A stretch of 64,000 nucleotides of DNA, taken from positions 277,760,001 through 277,824,000 of the forward strand of contig OZ024741.1 in assembly GCA_964016885.1 (NCBI GenBank), given 5' to 3'. The stretch is from Eledone cirrhosa. Taxonomy: Eukaryota. A program made the position numbers and the translations under genes. Under the pieces are notes generated by a model. It ran no database searches and had not been told where the DNA came from. It saw nothing but the letters and a program-made list of their open reading frames with translations. Positions 42,886 through 58,165 of this stretch are shown here, in pieces (the stretch's first letter is position 1; the number at the start of each line of letters is the position of its first letter).

Positions 42886-43124
42886 ATATATACACATATA
42901 TACACACACAGACATATATATATATATATAAAGAGAAAGAGAGAGAGGGAGAGAGAAGGTGAAGTTGGAAATAGCACGGAAAATATATTTAAGGGTCTGT
43001 TTTTCTTTTTTTATCCTTTCTTTGATTCATCAAAGTGACATTATTGAAAAGATGACATTATTGAAAAAATGAGAGGGACAATTCTTTTTAAAAAAAGTTT
43101 TATAATGTATATAAAGTATATTAA

Positions 43125-43172
43125 GTAATAACCGGTTTCGATGTATTATTAAAATACATCTTATCAAATGTT
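43125..43172 (-). ncRNA. Degenerate hammerhead motif
   Basis: rc: TTGATAA (2 core mismatches)-GATGTATT(ttaat)AATACATC-GAAA-CCGG-TT. Confidence 0.5.
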
Positions 43173-44506
43173 GAGTATTGAAATAAAAAAATTAAAAAGA
43201 ATTAATAGGAGTTAAAAACTAAAAATTAAAGATTTAAAATTAAAATTAAATGTTGGAGTAAGTTTTTTTCCCATCTTTCTTGCTCAGATTTTGGCTGGAT
43301 AATGAGTTCTTGTTAATAGAGAGGTAGTGAAGACAGCAGCAGCTATGTTTCTTCACAGAACAAAGTTGTTTTTTTTTGGGGGGGGGGGGGGGGCAAAGGA
43401 AACATCCTGTAAATATGTGTGTGTATATCTGATTGTGTTAATTGACTGGTCAAGAGTTCAAAAGGGAATGGTAAGCTAGAGGTAAGTTCTACAGCAGCAG
43501 GAGTGTAAATTCTATTATTGGAATATGGTTTGAGGAGTGTGTGTATATATATAGTGTGATGGCGTATATATAACAATACACTCACGTGTGTGTGGTTTCA
43601 GCTTGTCTGTCACAGTCCCTTTAGCAATACACACATGTGGGGGGTGTATGTGTGGTGTATGTGTGTGTGTGTGTGTGTGTTTCAGCCTGTCTGTCACAGG
43701 TCCCTTTGTGGGAGGAAATTAAAAAATAAATTTTCTTCAAAATTCAAAAAAATTCAAAAAAACTTTTTTTTTTTTTTTTAAATCCAAAGGATTCTCAAAA
43801 TTTAAAAAATAAAAAAAGCCAGAGTAGTGTATCAGTAGTGGACCTGGGATAGTAACTTCTGGAATGAGTAATTTTTTCTCTCTTATTTTGTGGTGTGTGT
43901 GTGTGTGTATAACATTGCACATATGTGTGTCTGGGGGTTTGTGTGTGAGTGTGTTTATATATATATATGATGGCTTCAACACGATTTCGACTAATGCCAT
44001 CACTTGAATGACTGAAATGCCTTTCATCGTAGGTCTGTTGTATCAGGGTTGATCTGGCATTCAACAACAACTTCACTGAAACATTAATTGATCTTCTTAA
44101 ATAATTAGGTGGTAGATTTAATTAATCCATCACCTGGTTCAATACCATCATCTGGTTGGCCGTTGGATTTCTTTAGCAGTGGTCACTTGGTTGCACTCAT
44201 TTGGGTTAGGTCTTCGATTTGAGAATAGTTTCCTCCCTTTCTGAGAGGCCGTGGAAAAAGTCATCATCTTTGATTTTCCGCAGCAATGCAGATCAAGAAG
44301 TTAAAGGGTCGTAACTCTTGGAAGTCTTGTAAACGGTCATTGTCACTGACTTATCCCAGCACCGCAGACTAAGATCAAAGGCCAGTAACTCTTGGTGGCG
44401 TTGTAGTGACAGCTCTGACACACGGCTTAATATGGGCAATTTTGTTTAACCTAGCAGAGCTCATCTCTCTCTCCCTCTCTCTCTCCTTTTCCCGGTCTCA
44501 ACACAG

Positions 44507-44566
<60 letters not shown>

Positions 44567-45130
44567 TGGAAGCAGACAAGAAGAGAAAGAGTGAGTGAGC
44601 GAGAAAAAGAGAGAGAGCGAGAGGCTGAAAGAGATATATGGAAAACAGAGAGAGCGAGAGAGAGAGGGGGAAGAGGGAGAGTGAAAGAGAGATGGAGAAA
44701 CAGAAGGAACGAGAGAAAGAGAAAGAGGGAGGAGGAGAGGGAGAGAGAAAGAAAAAAAACCAGCTTCATTACTGGATTAGTACTTTATTTATCAACTTCG
44801 AAAGAATGAAAGGCAAAGTTGACCTCGGCCCGGCCGGATTCGGTCTCAGAGCGCAGTGAACCAGAATAGACACTGATCCATTTTTAATCCGATGCCCTAA
44901 TGATTCTGTTGTTTTCTATTCATGTGTGATGCCATTTCTTTTAATTTACGGCGCTAAATACATATATAACATTCCATGCATGTTTGTGTGTGTAAACTTT
45001 AAAGAATTACATATATATATATATGTGTATGTGTAATTGTCTGATATATATATATATATATATTATATGTTATGGAATACTGTTAGCTTCTCGCTACAAC
45101 AATTTCTATACTTTTCATTTATATATATAT

Positions 45131-46526
<1,396 letters not shown>

Positions 46527-46591
46527 ACACACGTTTTCAGATAAAGAATCTTGCTAAACAAATTCAGAAACGAAATATATATATATATATA

Positions 46592-46742
<151 letters not shown>

Positions 46743-47292
46743 CATATCGGATCTAGCTGTCGAAGCGGCCGGAGCCCAGCTGCGTGGGCATTACTAGGGT
46801 TCAAGCAGAAAGTTTCTCAAAACTGGATATGTAATCAATGCCACTTCAGCTCCGACTTCGCATGTCAGAACCTAACTCTGACGTTCAGATCTCTGTTGAC
46901 GATTTTGCCGCTGCCCTCCGGGATTGCCTAATTTGAAACTCATAAATAGGATCCCAAAGGGAGCTCAGACCTGTTCCCCTGTGCTCTCTCCAGGCTGCTG
47001 AAGAACATCTGCCTATACAACAAATTCTCGGATTGGCAGAAACTATTCTTGTTTCTGTTAGTCTCTCTCCGAGTGTCCAACGCGAAATCTGGATATCTCA
47101 CATCTTCCCTAAAACAGCAGTTCGAGTTGTTTCTACTGAAGTGTACAGCTGCCTGGAAGACGGAGCAAGGGAGACAACTTCTACGAACGTTTATTTGTTT
47201 ATTTTGCAAGACTCTTGGTGTGAAATTGTCTGTTAAAACAGATATTGTTATAAGGGCATTAACTCTAATGTAGCTTTGTATATGAAATACGT

Positions 47293-47491
47293 GAATGTGT
47301 ATATCTGGCGATATACGGTATGTTTATAAATAAACATTTTCAAAGCCTTCAGCTATGAATTTGAAAACTGATGTCTTAGCGCCATCTGGTGTGTTCCAAC
47401 AAAAGTTTGGAACACACTAGATGGCACTACGCCATCAGTTTTCAAAATGTTTATTTATAAACATACCGTATATCGCCAGATATACAAATTC
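47293..47491. repeat. Imperfect palindrome (MITE-like)
   Basis: GTATATCTGGCGATATACGGTATG... / ...CATACCGTATATCGCCAGATATAC; centre ~47403. Confidence 0.85.
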
Positions 47492-47500
47492 AGATATCGT

Positions 47501-47663
47501 TATATTTGGGAATGGTTATCCTACCAATAAAAACACACTACTCGATTTTTACTTCTAAATTTATTATTAGTTATTAGTTAGTTCGTCAAAGCTTTGATGA
47601 ACTAACTAATAACTAATAATAGTGCATGCGTTTTTATTGGCAGAATAACCATTCCCAAATATA
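47501..47663. repeat. Imperfect palindrome
   Basis: TATATTTGGGAATGGTTAT... / ...ATAACCATTCCCAAATATA; centre AAGCTT at ~47591. Confidence 0.85.
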
Positions 47664-47831
47664 GAAATATATATCTTCAAGAGAGAGAGAGAGAGAGAGA
47701 GAGTGTGTCGTAGAGACAGCGTCTTCAAACACTTCTTCCAGCGGGTCCTGTCAGAAGAAACAGTTTACAGCTGATCTGACTGGATTCCCAAGCGAGATCA
47801 GCCGAGCTCATGGAAAGGGAGGATTTGCCTC

Positions 47832-48098
47832 TTGAAGCTTAGGCTGAAAGACAGGCCTCTGTGTGTCGTGCAAATTTATGCCCTAGACAAAGAGTTCGAA
47901 TACAGACCATTCCTTAATGAAGTTACTGCTGCCTTAGATCTAATTAAGACTGAACCATATATCGCAATGGGAGACTTCAATGCACATATTGGCACTGACC
48001 ACCTGATATGGAAAAAGGTGACTGGAAGGAATGACGATCCCAATCTAAATATAAATGAAAAGACTTTGTTAGACTTCTGTTCTAGCAATGGACCCTAA
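47832..48098 (+). pseudogene. LINE AP-endonuclease fragment (RTE-like)
   Basis: VVQIYA...MGDFNAHIG...LLDFC; a diverged inverted copy of its end lies at 48108-48170. Confidence 0.85.
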
Positions 48099-48359
48099 TA
48101 ATAGAGTTCATTGTTAGAACAGAAGTCTAACAAGGTCTCTCCATTTGTATTTAGATCAGGATCAGCGTTCCAGTGTTTTGATAATTTGCCTAGTATAAGC
48201 AGTATTTTAAACCGAGTTTTACAATAACATTGTAGATAGTGATTTTAAGACATAATCGATTGCATACTAGACAATGAAACATATATTAATGCTTGGAATA
48301 AAACCCTATTGTATCGCTTATCCGTGTTAATCATCATTCATTCGATATATATATATACA

Positions 48360-48801
<442 letters not shown>

Positions 48802-48913
48802 TTATTGTTCTGCAACCCCATGCATTGAACCACAATGTTACTAAGACAAAACCTATATATTTGCTGGCATTGATATGCATCTGTATGTATATAAATGTTA
48901 CTAGATATAAATT

Positions 48914-48950
<37 letters not shown>

Positions 48951-48955
<5 letters not shown>

Positions 48956-51900
48956 GGAAAAAATGAAACGATATTTCATTTCCCACTCTTAGTACGGCTG
49001 TTACTTAAATATAAGTATGTACACGTACATACATATATGTATACCGACGTACAGTAGTATGTATATATATATATACATACATGCACACATATATATATGC
49101 ACGTATGGATTCACCGAACATTTATTATAATGCTCGGTGTGTTTGTAAACAAACATCCCGTATTAAGCCGTAGTGTCTAGCAACCACCGTTGCTCGTTTG
49201 TTCAACACTGACAAAGGAACGCTGTACTAGTTTCAAGCTTGTTAGCTATCGTCAGCAACGTATACCTTCCTGCCAGATTGTTGAACGTATATACTTACCT
49301 TATGCATATTAACGGCTGAGTAGCCCAATTTGCATATCGAGTGGGTTAATCGGCCGGGTGCACCGAAAACGATAAACGGAAAAAATGAAACGATATTTCA
49401 TTTCCCACTCTTAGTACGGCTGTTACTTAAATATAAGTATGTACACGTACATACATATATGTATACCGACGTACAGTAGTATGTATATATATATATACAT
49501 ACATGCACACATATATATATGCACGTATGGATTCACCGAACATTTATTATAATGCTCGGTGTGTTTGTAAACAAACATCCCGTATTAAGCCGTAGTGTCT
49601 AGCAACCACCGTTGCTCGTTTGTTCAACACTGACAAAGGAACGCTGTACTAGTTTCAAGCTTGTTAGCTATCGTCAGCAACGTATACCTTCCTGCCAGAT
49701 TGTTGAACGTATATACTTACCTTATGCATATTAACGGCTGAGTAGCCCAATTTGCATATCGAGTGGGTTAATCGGCCGGGTGCACCGAAATCGATAAACG
49801 GAAAAAATGAAACGATATTTCATTTCCCACTCTTAGTACGGCTGTTACTTAAATATAAGTATGTACACGTACATACATATATGTATACCGACGTACAGTA
49901 GTATGTATATATATATATACATACATGCACACATATATATATGCACGTATGGATTCACCGAACATTTATTATAATGCTCGGTGTGTTTGTAAACAAACAT
50001 CCCGTATTAAGCCGTAGTGTCTAGCAACCACCGTTGCTCGTTTGTTCAACACTGACAAAGGAACGCTGTACTAGTTTCAAGCTTGTTAGCTATCGTCAGC
50101 AACGTATACCTTCCTGCCAGATTGTTGAACGTATATACTTACCTTATGCATATTAACGGCTGAGTAGCCCAATTTGCATATCGAGTGGGTTAATCGGCCG
50201 GGTGCACCGAAAACGATAAACGGAAAAAATGAAACGATATTTCATTTCCCACTCTTAGTACGGCTGTTACTTAAATATAAGTATGTACACGTACATACAT
50301 ATATGTATACCGACGTACAGTAGTATGTATATATATATATACATACATGCACACATATATATATGCACGTATGGATTCACCGAACATTTATTATAATGCT
50401 CGGTGTGTTTGTAAACAAACATCCCGTATTAAGCCGTAGTGTCTAGCAACCACCGTTGCTCGTTTGTTCAACACTGACAAAGGAACGATGTTTGTTTACA
50501 AACACACCGAGCATTATAATAAATGTTCGGTGAATCCATACGTGCATATATATATGTGTGCATGTATGTATATATATATATACATACTACTGTACGTCGG
50601 TATACATATATGTATGTACGTGTACATACTTATATTTAAGTAACAGCCGTACTAAGAGTGGGAAATGAAATATCGTTTCATTTTTTCCGTTTATCGTTTT
50701 CGGTGCACCCGGCCGATTAACCCACTCGATATGCAAATTGGGCTACTCAGCCGTTAATATGCATAAGGTAAGTATATACGTTCAACAATCTGGCAGGAAG
50801 GTATACGTTGCTGACGATAGCTAACAAGCTTGAAACTAGTACAGCGTTCCTTTGTCAGTGTTGAACAAACGAGCAACGGTGGTTGCTAGACACTACGGCT
50901 TAATACGGGATGTTTGTTTACAAACACACCGAGCATTATAATAAATGTTCGGTGAATCCATACGTGCATATATATATGTATGTATATATATATATACATA
51001 CTACTGTACGTCGGTATACATATATGTATGTACGTGTACATACTTATATTTAAGTAACAGCCGTACTAAGAGTGGGAAATGAAATATCGTTTCATTTTTT
51101 CCATTTATCGTTTTCGGTGCACCCGGCCGATTAACCTACTCGATATGCAAATTGGGCTACTCAGCCGTTAATATGCATAAGGTAAGTATATACGTTCAAC
51201 AATCTGGCAGGAAGGTATACGTTGCTGACGATAGCTAACAAGCTTGAAACTAGTACAGCGTTCCTTTGTCAGTGTTGAACAAACGAGCAACGGTGGTTGC
51301 TAGACACTACGGCTTAATACGGGATGTTTGTTTACAAACACACCGAGCATTATAATAAATGTTCGGTGAATCCATACGTGCATATATATATGTGTGCATG
51401 TATGTATATATATATATACATACTACTGTACGTCGGTATACATATATGTATGTACGTGTACATACTTATATTTAAGTAACAGCCGTACTAAGAGTGGGAA
51501 ATGAAATATCGTTTCATTTTTTCCGTTTATCGTTTTCGGTGCACCCGGCCGATTAACCCACTCGATATGCAAATTGGGCTACTCAGCCGTTAATATGCAT
51601 AAGGTAAGTATATACGTTCAACAATCTGGCAGGAAGGTATACGTTGCTGACGATAGCTAACAAGCTTGAAACTAGTACAGCGTTCCTTTGTCAGTGTTGA
51701 ACAAACGAGCAACGGTGGTTGCTAGACACTACGGCTTAATACGGGATGTTTGTTTACAAACACACCGAGCATTATAATAAATGTTCGGTGAATCCATACG
51801 TGCATATATATATGTATGTATATATATATATACATACTACTGTACGTCGGTATACATATATGTATGTACGTGTACATACTTATATTTAAGTAACAGCCGT

Positions 51901-52300
51901 ACTAAGAGTGGGAAATGAAATATCGTTTCATTTTTTCCGTTTATCGTTTTCGGTGCACCCGGCCGATTAACCCACTCGATATGCAAATTGGGCTACTCAG
52001 CCGTTAATATGCATAAGGTAAGTATATACGTTCAACAATCTGGCAGGAAGGTATACGTTGCTGACGATAGCTAACAAGCTTGAAACTAGTACAGCGTTCC
52101 TTTGTCAGTGTTGAACAAACGAGCAACGGTGGTTGCTAGACACTACGGCTTAATACGGGATGTTTGTTTACAAACACACCGAGCATTATAATAAATGTTC
52201 GGTGAATCCATACGTGCATATATATATGTGTGCATGTATGTATATATATATATACATACTACTGTACGTCGGTATACATATATGTATGTACGTGTACATA

Positions 52301-52304
<4 letters not shown>
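48951..52304. mobile_element. 422-bp retrozyme-like tandem array folded into a 3.35-kb palindrome (family A)
   Basis: 3.6 units on - strand (48951-50487), then 4.3 units on + strand; hammerheads at 49219, 49641, 50063 (-) and 50805, 51219, 51641, 52055 (+); (TA)n on both sides. Confidence 0.95.
50805..50847 (+). ncRNA. Minimal type I hammerhead (family A, 7 copies in the array)
   Basis: ACGTTG-CTGACGA-TAGC(taacaa)GCTT-GAAA-CTAG-TA|CAGCGT; palindromic stem III ACTAGT and a GUA site. Confidence 0.92.
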
Positions 52305-52383
<79 letters not shown>

Positions 52384-54219
52384 ATAAGAATATTTATATT
52401 TATATGTTTGATACAACTATAAATACGGAGGGTCGTACTAAGTACTAGCCGGTTACCGGTATGATAAAAGGCTCAATGCAAATTTTCAAGTGTTTTACAG
52501 AGCCGAGATACAAAGTGTTAAAACGATCAAATTTTAGATTAGAACATTTATTTGCTGACAATTGTTTCTTCCAGAGGGAAGTCTGGAATCATCGGAGCAT
52601 AACGAATGTCGAAACATGTTACTAAAATCCTAGTCATTTAGAACATTTAGGGTACATAATTGTTGTTAGTGTCATAGGCATCATGTGGAGAGTCAGGAGT
52701 TAAAAAGATGTTCAGCTTGAAAGAACACAATTACAGGCAGCAATGGTTGAAAGTGTAAGAGGTATAATTAAAAAGCACAAGCAAAAAAACACAGGCAAAA
52801 AAGTTATAAGCAAGTTTACCAACAGCCTAATAACGGTTAATACAAACCCTAGAAAACATAATTTGTTGATAAAAAATGCATAAGATAATATACCTACAAT
52901 AACAACATGGCCAGTAATTCGGTGGAATTTACATTTAACAAACAAACACCTATTGACTATAAACGACTCAAAGTAATCCCATGCTTAATAGCTGTGAGTT
53001 ACAAACAACACATACACATGCATACGAACTACAACACAAAAACACTTAAATGAAAATCACATATCCAACTCTATCACGTGCTTTGCATTACACCTTACAT
53101 AACAAATACCTATATTATCACCACATGCCTCTCTAACAAATTGCACACTGTCTTAAACATCTATAACAATTATAACATGCTTTAACACCCCTCACAAAAT
53201 ATGTTTATTTCAACTGCATTATAACTCTTTCCTCATACATGCCTTATTGACTGTATTGACTCCTGCATTGTACACCAATTTTCCTTGCTTATAAATTTTT
53301 TGCCTGTATTTTTTTGCTTGGAGAGGGTCACATTGTTGTAATAATATTGCCAGAAATAATAACAGAACACACTCACTGTTTGGTTGGTTTTCGCTTCTGT
53401 ATCTTTTATATCTCCATAGTTAATTTATTTGGCAATCAACGTTTATCATTGATTGACCAATGGTTAAAAATACAGATATAAACATATATATATAGTCTAT
53501 CAAAGTTCTTTCGTTGCACATCTGCAACATCATCAGTGGTACTATTATGTTCCCTCCTATTGTATTGTATTGTAATGTCTACGCCATTTTTATTTACCTG
53601 TAATTCAAAAGGCCAGCCTTGTCACACAGTGTGTCATTCTGAATGTCCCCGAGAAGTGCGTACCCGTGTACCCGTGTCTGTAGAGTGTTCAGCCACTTGT
53701 ATATTAATTTCATGAACAGGTTACCCCATTGCTCGAACAACTAAAACACGCATCGTCGTAACCGACGAAAATCCATAAACACAAACAATAATCTGTGTGG
53801 TAGTGCGAAGGCCATTAATTCATATATTGTCCGGACAACTGGAACAATCGCCGTAGTAACCGACTGAGGCGCAACATTCTGTGCGGTGACTTAACGTTAA
53901 TTTTATGAGCAGGCTGGTCCATTGATCAAACAGCTGGAGCAATTATCGTCAGAACCGTGGAAGATAGTGTGGATTCAATCACTACAATCTATCACTACCT
54001 AAAACAGCTCTCAGCCTTTGTCCTTCCGTTCCCCCAACACCCCCGCCTCATTCCAAGGTAGCTAACTTATATCCACCTATCTCTCCCTTCCCCATCCATT
54101 GTCGGATTCAGTTGAAATTAGCCCTATTCATCCCCTTATTCACTCCACCACTCCCGTAACAGCTAGCCTGGCTCCAACGTCACCTTCCCCTTAACCGAGT
54201 CAGTGAATCAGAGGACCCC

Positions 54220-55800
54220 TCACCTTTACCAGTTTCCTCCTATCCGACACAGGTGTCCCACAGGGTGTCCTGCTCGGACTTGCTCTTTTCGCACTGAGCA
54301 TTGATGACGTCACCAAGATGGGAATTGACCTGGATCTGTATCTGGATGATGCCTGCTTGGGGGGCGGGGGGGGGGGGGGTTCTCCAAACAAGGTCGATGA
54401 TTAAGGGACTGGATCGTAGTAGCCTTCACGTCAACAATCCCAAATGCGAGCTCTGGCTCCTCAACCACCCAGCTTCACATCAGCAGACTGTTGACCTATT
54501 CAGAGTCCTTCCCCTCCATCGCGTTTCTTCCCTCATCAGCGTGGTGCTCCTTTGGGGCCCCAATTACTGACCAAGCCTATGAGTCCATCTTTCGATCTTA
54601 GTTGACTAAGCTCGAGCAACTTTTAAAAAACCTCGAAGTTAGTGAGCCTCACCAAGGTTTTTTTTATACTTCGGAATTATTTGTCAATCCCTAAGTTGTT
54701 GTATTTACTCAGAGTTAGTGCCTCTTACTAATTATTGTCCTCTCTCCAACGCTTTGACGAACTGATATTCAGTGTGCTTGAGGGTCTGGTCACTGTCCGA
54801 CTCTCTCCAGAGTCCCGCGACCAAGCTTCCTTACCCAAAACGGTTTGGGGGTATCGGTCTGCGCAAATGCAAGTCTTTGTCGCTACCTTGCTTTCTTTCT
54901 TCTATTCACGCTTGCTCCCTTTTAGTGGGTGACATCCTTTCCTTTTCAATATGGACTAGTTCCACCAGGGAGACGGATGATGCTTTACTACAGTGGGGAG
55001 AGCTGGGTTTGTCAGTTCCTGTTACTGATGAGAATAGACGGAAGTAGAAAGTATGGGAAAATCTGCGTTCGAGAGGAAACTTTTCACTCTCTCGTTAATC
55101 ATTCCGATCAATTTTCTAGTACCGCTTACTTTCTTCAAATGCAAAGTTCTCGGGGGACTGGATTGATGCCCTGCCTGTGGCCAACATTGGTGATCTTCTC
55201 AGACAGGACGAGCTTCGCATCTCCATTGCACTTCGAGTGAGAGCCGATGTTTGTGGGAATCTAAGATGTCGCTGTTGTAGATCCCTCGACCCCACATGCC
55301 TACATGGTTTGTCCTGCTGGTCGTTTCGTCCGCCACACTGAGCTAAACCTGATCGTTAAACGAGCTTTGGCTCGGGTAAATATCCCCTCAGTTCTGAGCC
55401 GGTTAGATTATCCAGAAATGATGGGAAGAGACCAGACGGCGTTACTCTTTGTCTCTGGGTAAGAGGCAGGTGTCTTATCTGGGACGCCATAGTCAGTGAC
55501 TCTTTTGTTCTCTCCCACATCATGGATGTCGCGGCCAATGTGTGTGTGGGGGGGGGGGGGGGGGGTAACTGCTTCCGTTGCTGAACGGAATAAAATTCGA
55601 AAATACCTGGATTTATCTAATAATTATTTTTTCCAGCCTGTGACGTTCGAGACGTTTGGTGGGGTTGGGCTGCTGACAGCGAAGTTCTTGTCATCGCTGG
55701 CGGCTCGCCTTACTAAGGTGTCAGGTGATACCTGTAAGAATGCCTAATTGTTTCCGCACCTTAGCTTCGCTATCACCCGTGGTAATGTTGGCTTGCCTCA
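54220..55800 (+). pseudogene. Decayed CRE-like non-LTR retrotransposon (RT + zinc finger + restriction-like endonuclease)
   Basis: GVPQG..LG.ALF, YLDD, CC...HGLSC, RH..LN, GKRPDG..L..W..GRCLIWD, KIRKY, PVTFETFG and AITRGN motifs across frameshifts. Confidence 0.85.
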
Positions 55801-55883
55801 AAGTGTTCTGTTGACCCTTATGATGTGCGGCCGATTATCGCACTTGGTGGTGGATTGATGGCCGTTTTCGTTTTTGTTTTTAC

Positions 55884-55951
<68 letters not shown>

Positions 55952-56181
55952 TCTCTCTCTCTCCCTCTCTATCTTTTTTTTCTCTAAATTCGTTTATAAA
56001 TGTACTGCTATTGGCAAAAAGCTGTTGCTGTTAATAAATGCACCTCTCCACATGCACTCATACGGAGACTTTCTACTAACTTGTATTCTACCTTATAATG
56101 CTTATTTTGATTCCAGAGTGTGTATACTCTGTATATAAAACCATTGGAGGACATTTTAAAGTTTTTATCTAGAACAGGTAA

Positions 56182-56360
56182 TGGAGGCTCGTGGCTTAGT
56201 GGTTAGAATGTTCGGTTCACGATCGCAAGGTTGTTTGTTCCGCGGCGTCGCATTGCGTCCTTGGGCGAGATATTTTATCTCACGTTGCTCCAATTCACTC
56301 AGCTAGAAAGGACGGAGTTGTACCTGTAATTCAAAAGGCTAACCTTGTCGCACACTATTC
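56182..56360 (+). mobile_element. tRNA-head/CORE-type SINE
   Basis: GGAGGCTCGTGGCTTAGTGGTTAG (A box)...TCACGATCGCAAGGTT...TTGCGTCCTTGGGCGAGATATTTTATCTCAC. Confidence 0.8.
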
Positions 56361-56399
56361 ACCTATAGATACCGGTGTAATGGAAATCGTCCAGATTGA

Positions 56400-56672
56400 G
56401 TAGGCAACCATTGTTGGCCACAGGCAACTCATCAAGCCCGTCCCCTGTGAGAGTTTTGCACTCGTAAAAAGTAAGCGGCACCTTGAGAAAATTTCTCTCG
56501 AACATAAGTCGTCCCAGACTCTCTGTTTTTATCTATGCTGTTCTGTATCAGTAACTGACAAACGCAGCTCCCTCCACTGTTGTAAAGCTTCATCCACATC
56601 CATGTAGGGGCTATATCGTATTTGAAAGGAAAGGATGTTACACACCAGAGGGAACAGACAGAGACGAGCATT
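56400..56672 (-). mobile_element. Second, diverged CRE-like fragment
   Basis: Reverse-complement homology to ~54905-55190 (ORF LYNSGGSCVCQLL vs LYYSGESWVCQFL). Confidence 0.7.
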
Positions 56673-56815
56673 TATGTAGACCTAGACCTCCAAATTGTTT
56701 GAGCAATGCTCCCTGGTCCTAGCTTTAATAACCAAGCACCCTTGCAGTCATCACCTGATGAGTAAATGGGAAACTCGAATCTTTCTAGAATTCCGACGAA
56801 AGCAGAGCATAATCG

Positions 56816-56847
<32 letters not shown>

Positions 56848-56851
<4 letters not shown>

Positions 56852-57428
56852 CGTTTCTGAATTTGTTTAGCAAGATTCTTTATCTGAAATCGTGTGTTGA
56901 AACCGATATTGTTATACTTTGGGAGGGTCATGTTGCCAATAAGAAACACACGCACCAGTTGCTTTCACTTCAATTTATTATATATTAATAAATTTATAAA
57001 TTTACAAATCTACAAACTTATAAATTTCTGGTTGGTTGGTTGGTTGGTTCCACAACCAGATAGTTGTTTATATATAGTCATAGTCCTTTCGTCACACACT
57101 CTGTGACCTCTTCAGTGACTGGGGCTTCCTTTCTTTGTTTCTGTGCCTTTCCTTTCTTCTGTCCTGCGCGTAGGACAGAAGAAAGGAAAGGCACAGAAAC
57201 AAAGAAAGGAAGCCCCAGTCACTGAAGAGGTCACAGAGTGTGTGACGAAAGGACTATGACTATATATAAACAACTATCTGGTTGTGGAACCAACCAACCA
57301 ACCAGAAATTTATAAGTTTGTAGATTTGTAAATTTATAAATTTATTAATATATAATAAATTGAAGTGAAAGCAACTGGTGCGTGTGTTTCTTATTGGCAA
57401 CATGACCCTCCCAAAGTATAACAATATA
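56848..57428. mobile_element. Fold-back palindromic element, family J, with hammerheads at 57076-57120 (-) and 57217-57261 (+)
   Basis: Arms 56906-57428 with centre 57168/9; AGTCA-CTGAAGA-GGTCAC...GTGAC-GAAA-GGAC-TA|TGACT; (TA)n flanks. Confidence 0.93.
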
Positions 57429-58134
57429 TATATATAATTAGGAGATGAAGCAAGTCGAATATATATAGTATACTACAGATAAATTCACACTTAATGTGTG
57501 ACGAATCAGCGTAACAGAATAATGTGTGACAAAGCTGGACCTTTGAATTACACATACAGGTTTCTATATAGTTTCCACCTACCCAATTTTACTCACAAGA
57601 TTTGAGTCAGCCCGATACCTAAGATAAGATTTCATACAGTTGGATCTAACGCACCTCATAATTGCAAGGCGCATTTCTTCTCGGACTATATATAAACGGG
57701 CTACATCACTAACTGTTACACCGCCACAACGCGTCCTTACAAAGTCGAAACTCGTAAGTCATTTCACAAAGTTTCTCAATGATAAATGTAAATTAATTTA
57801 CATCTCTTCTTGGAATTTAGCAATATTTCGTTGTGTGAAAAGCAAATTAGACGCTACCGTTGTTTCTTATATTTTACATTTCATTCAAGTCGTTTTGCTT
57901 GGGAAACATTCCCGATTTGACGAGTTGTAGTGCACCTGAGCACTTTACACAATAATTTCATTATATATATATTTACCACGTGTGAGCTATCTGGATAAAG
58001 TTAAATATGGAAATTTTCACCATCAAAATTTATTCAATTTTATATCTCTTTGTTTTTTTTTTATTGATACAGAACAACTTTATTTTATTACTATTTCTAA
58101 AATCAAATATTTTTCATGAATACAAATATATGAT

Positions 58135-58165
<31 letters not shown>

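Noticed and set aside
56182-56250. tRNA gene
   Set aside because: It has an A box but a broken T arm and no acceptor stem, and it continues into a SINE body.
56750-56815. CTGATGAGT...GACGAAAGC hammerhead candidate
   Set aside because: Stems I and III and the NUH site could not be paired convincingly; possibly a decayed copy.
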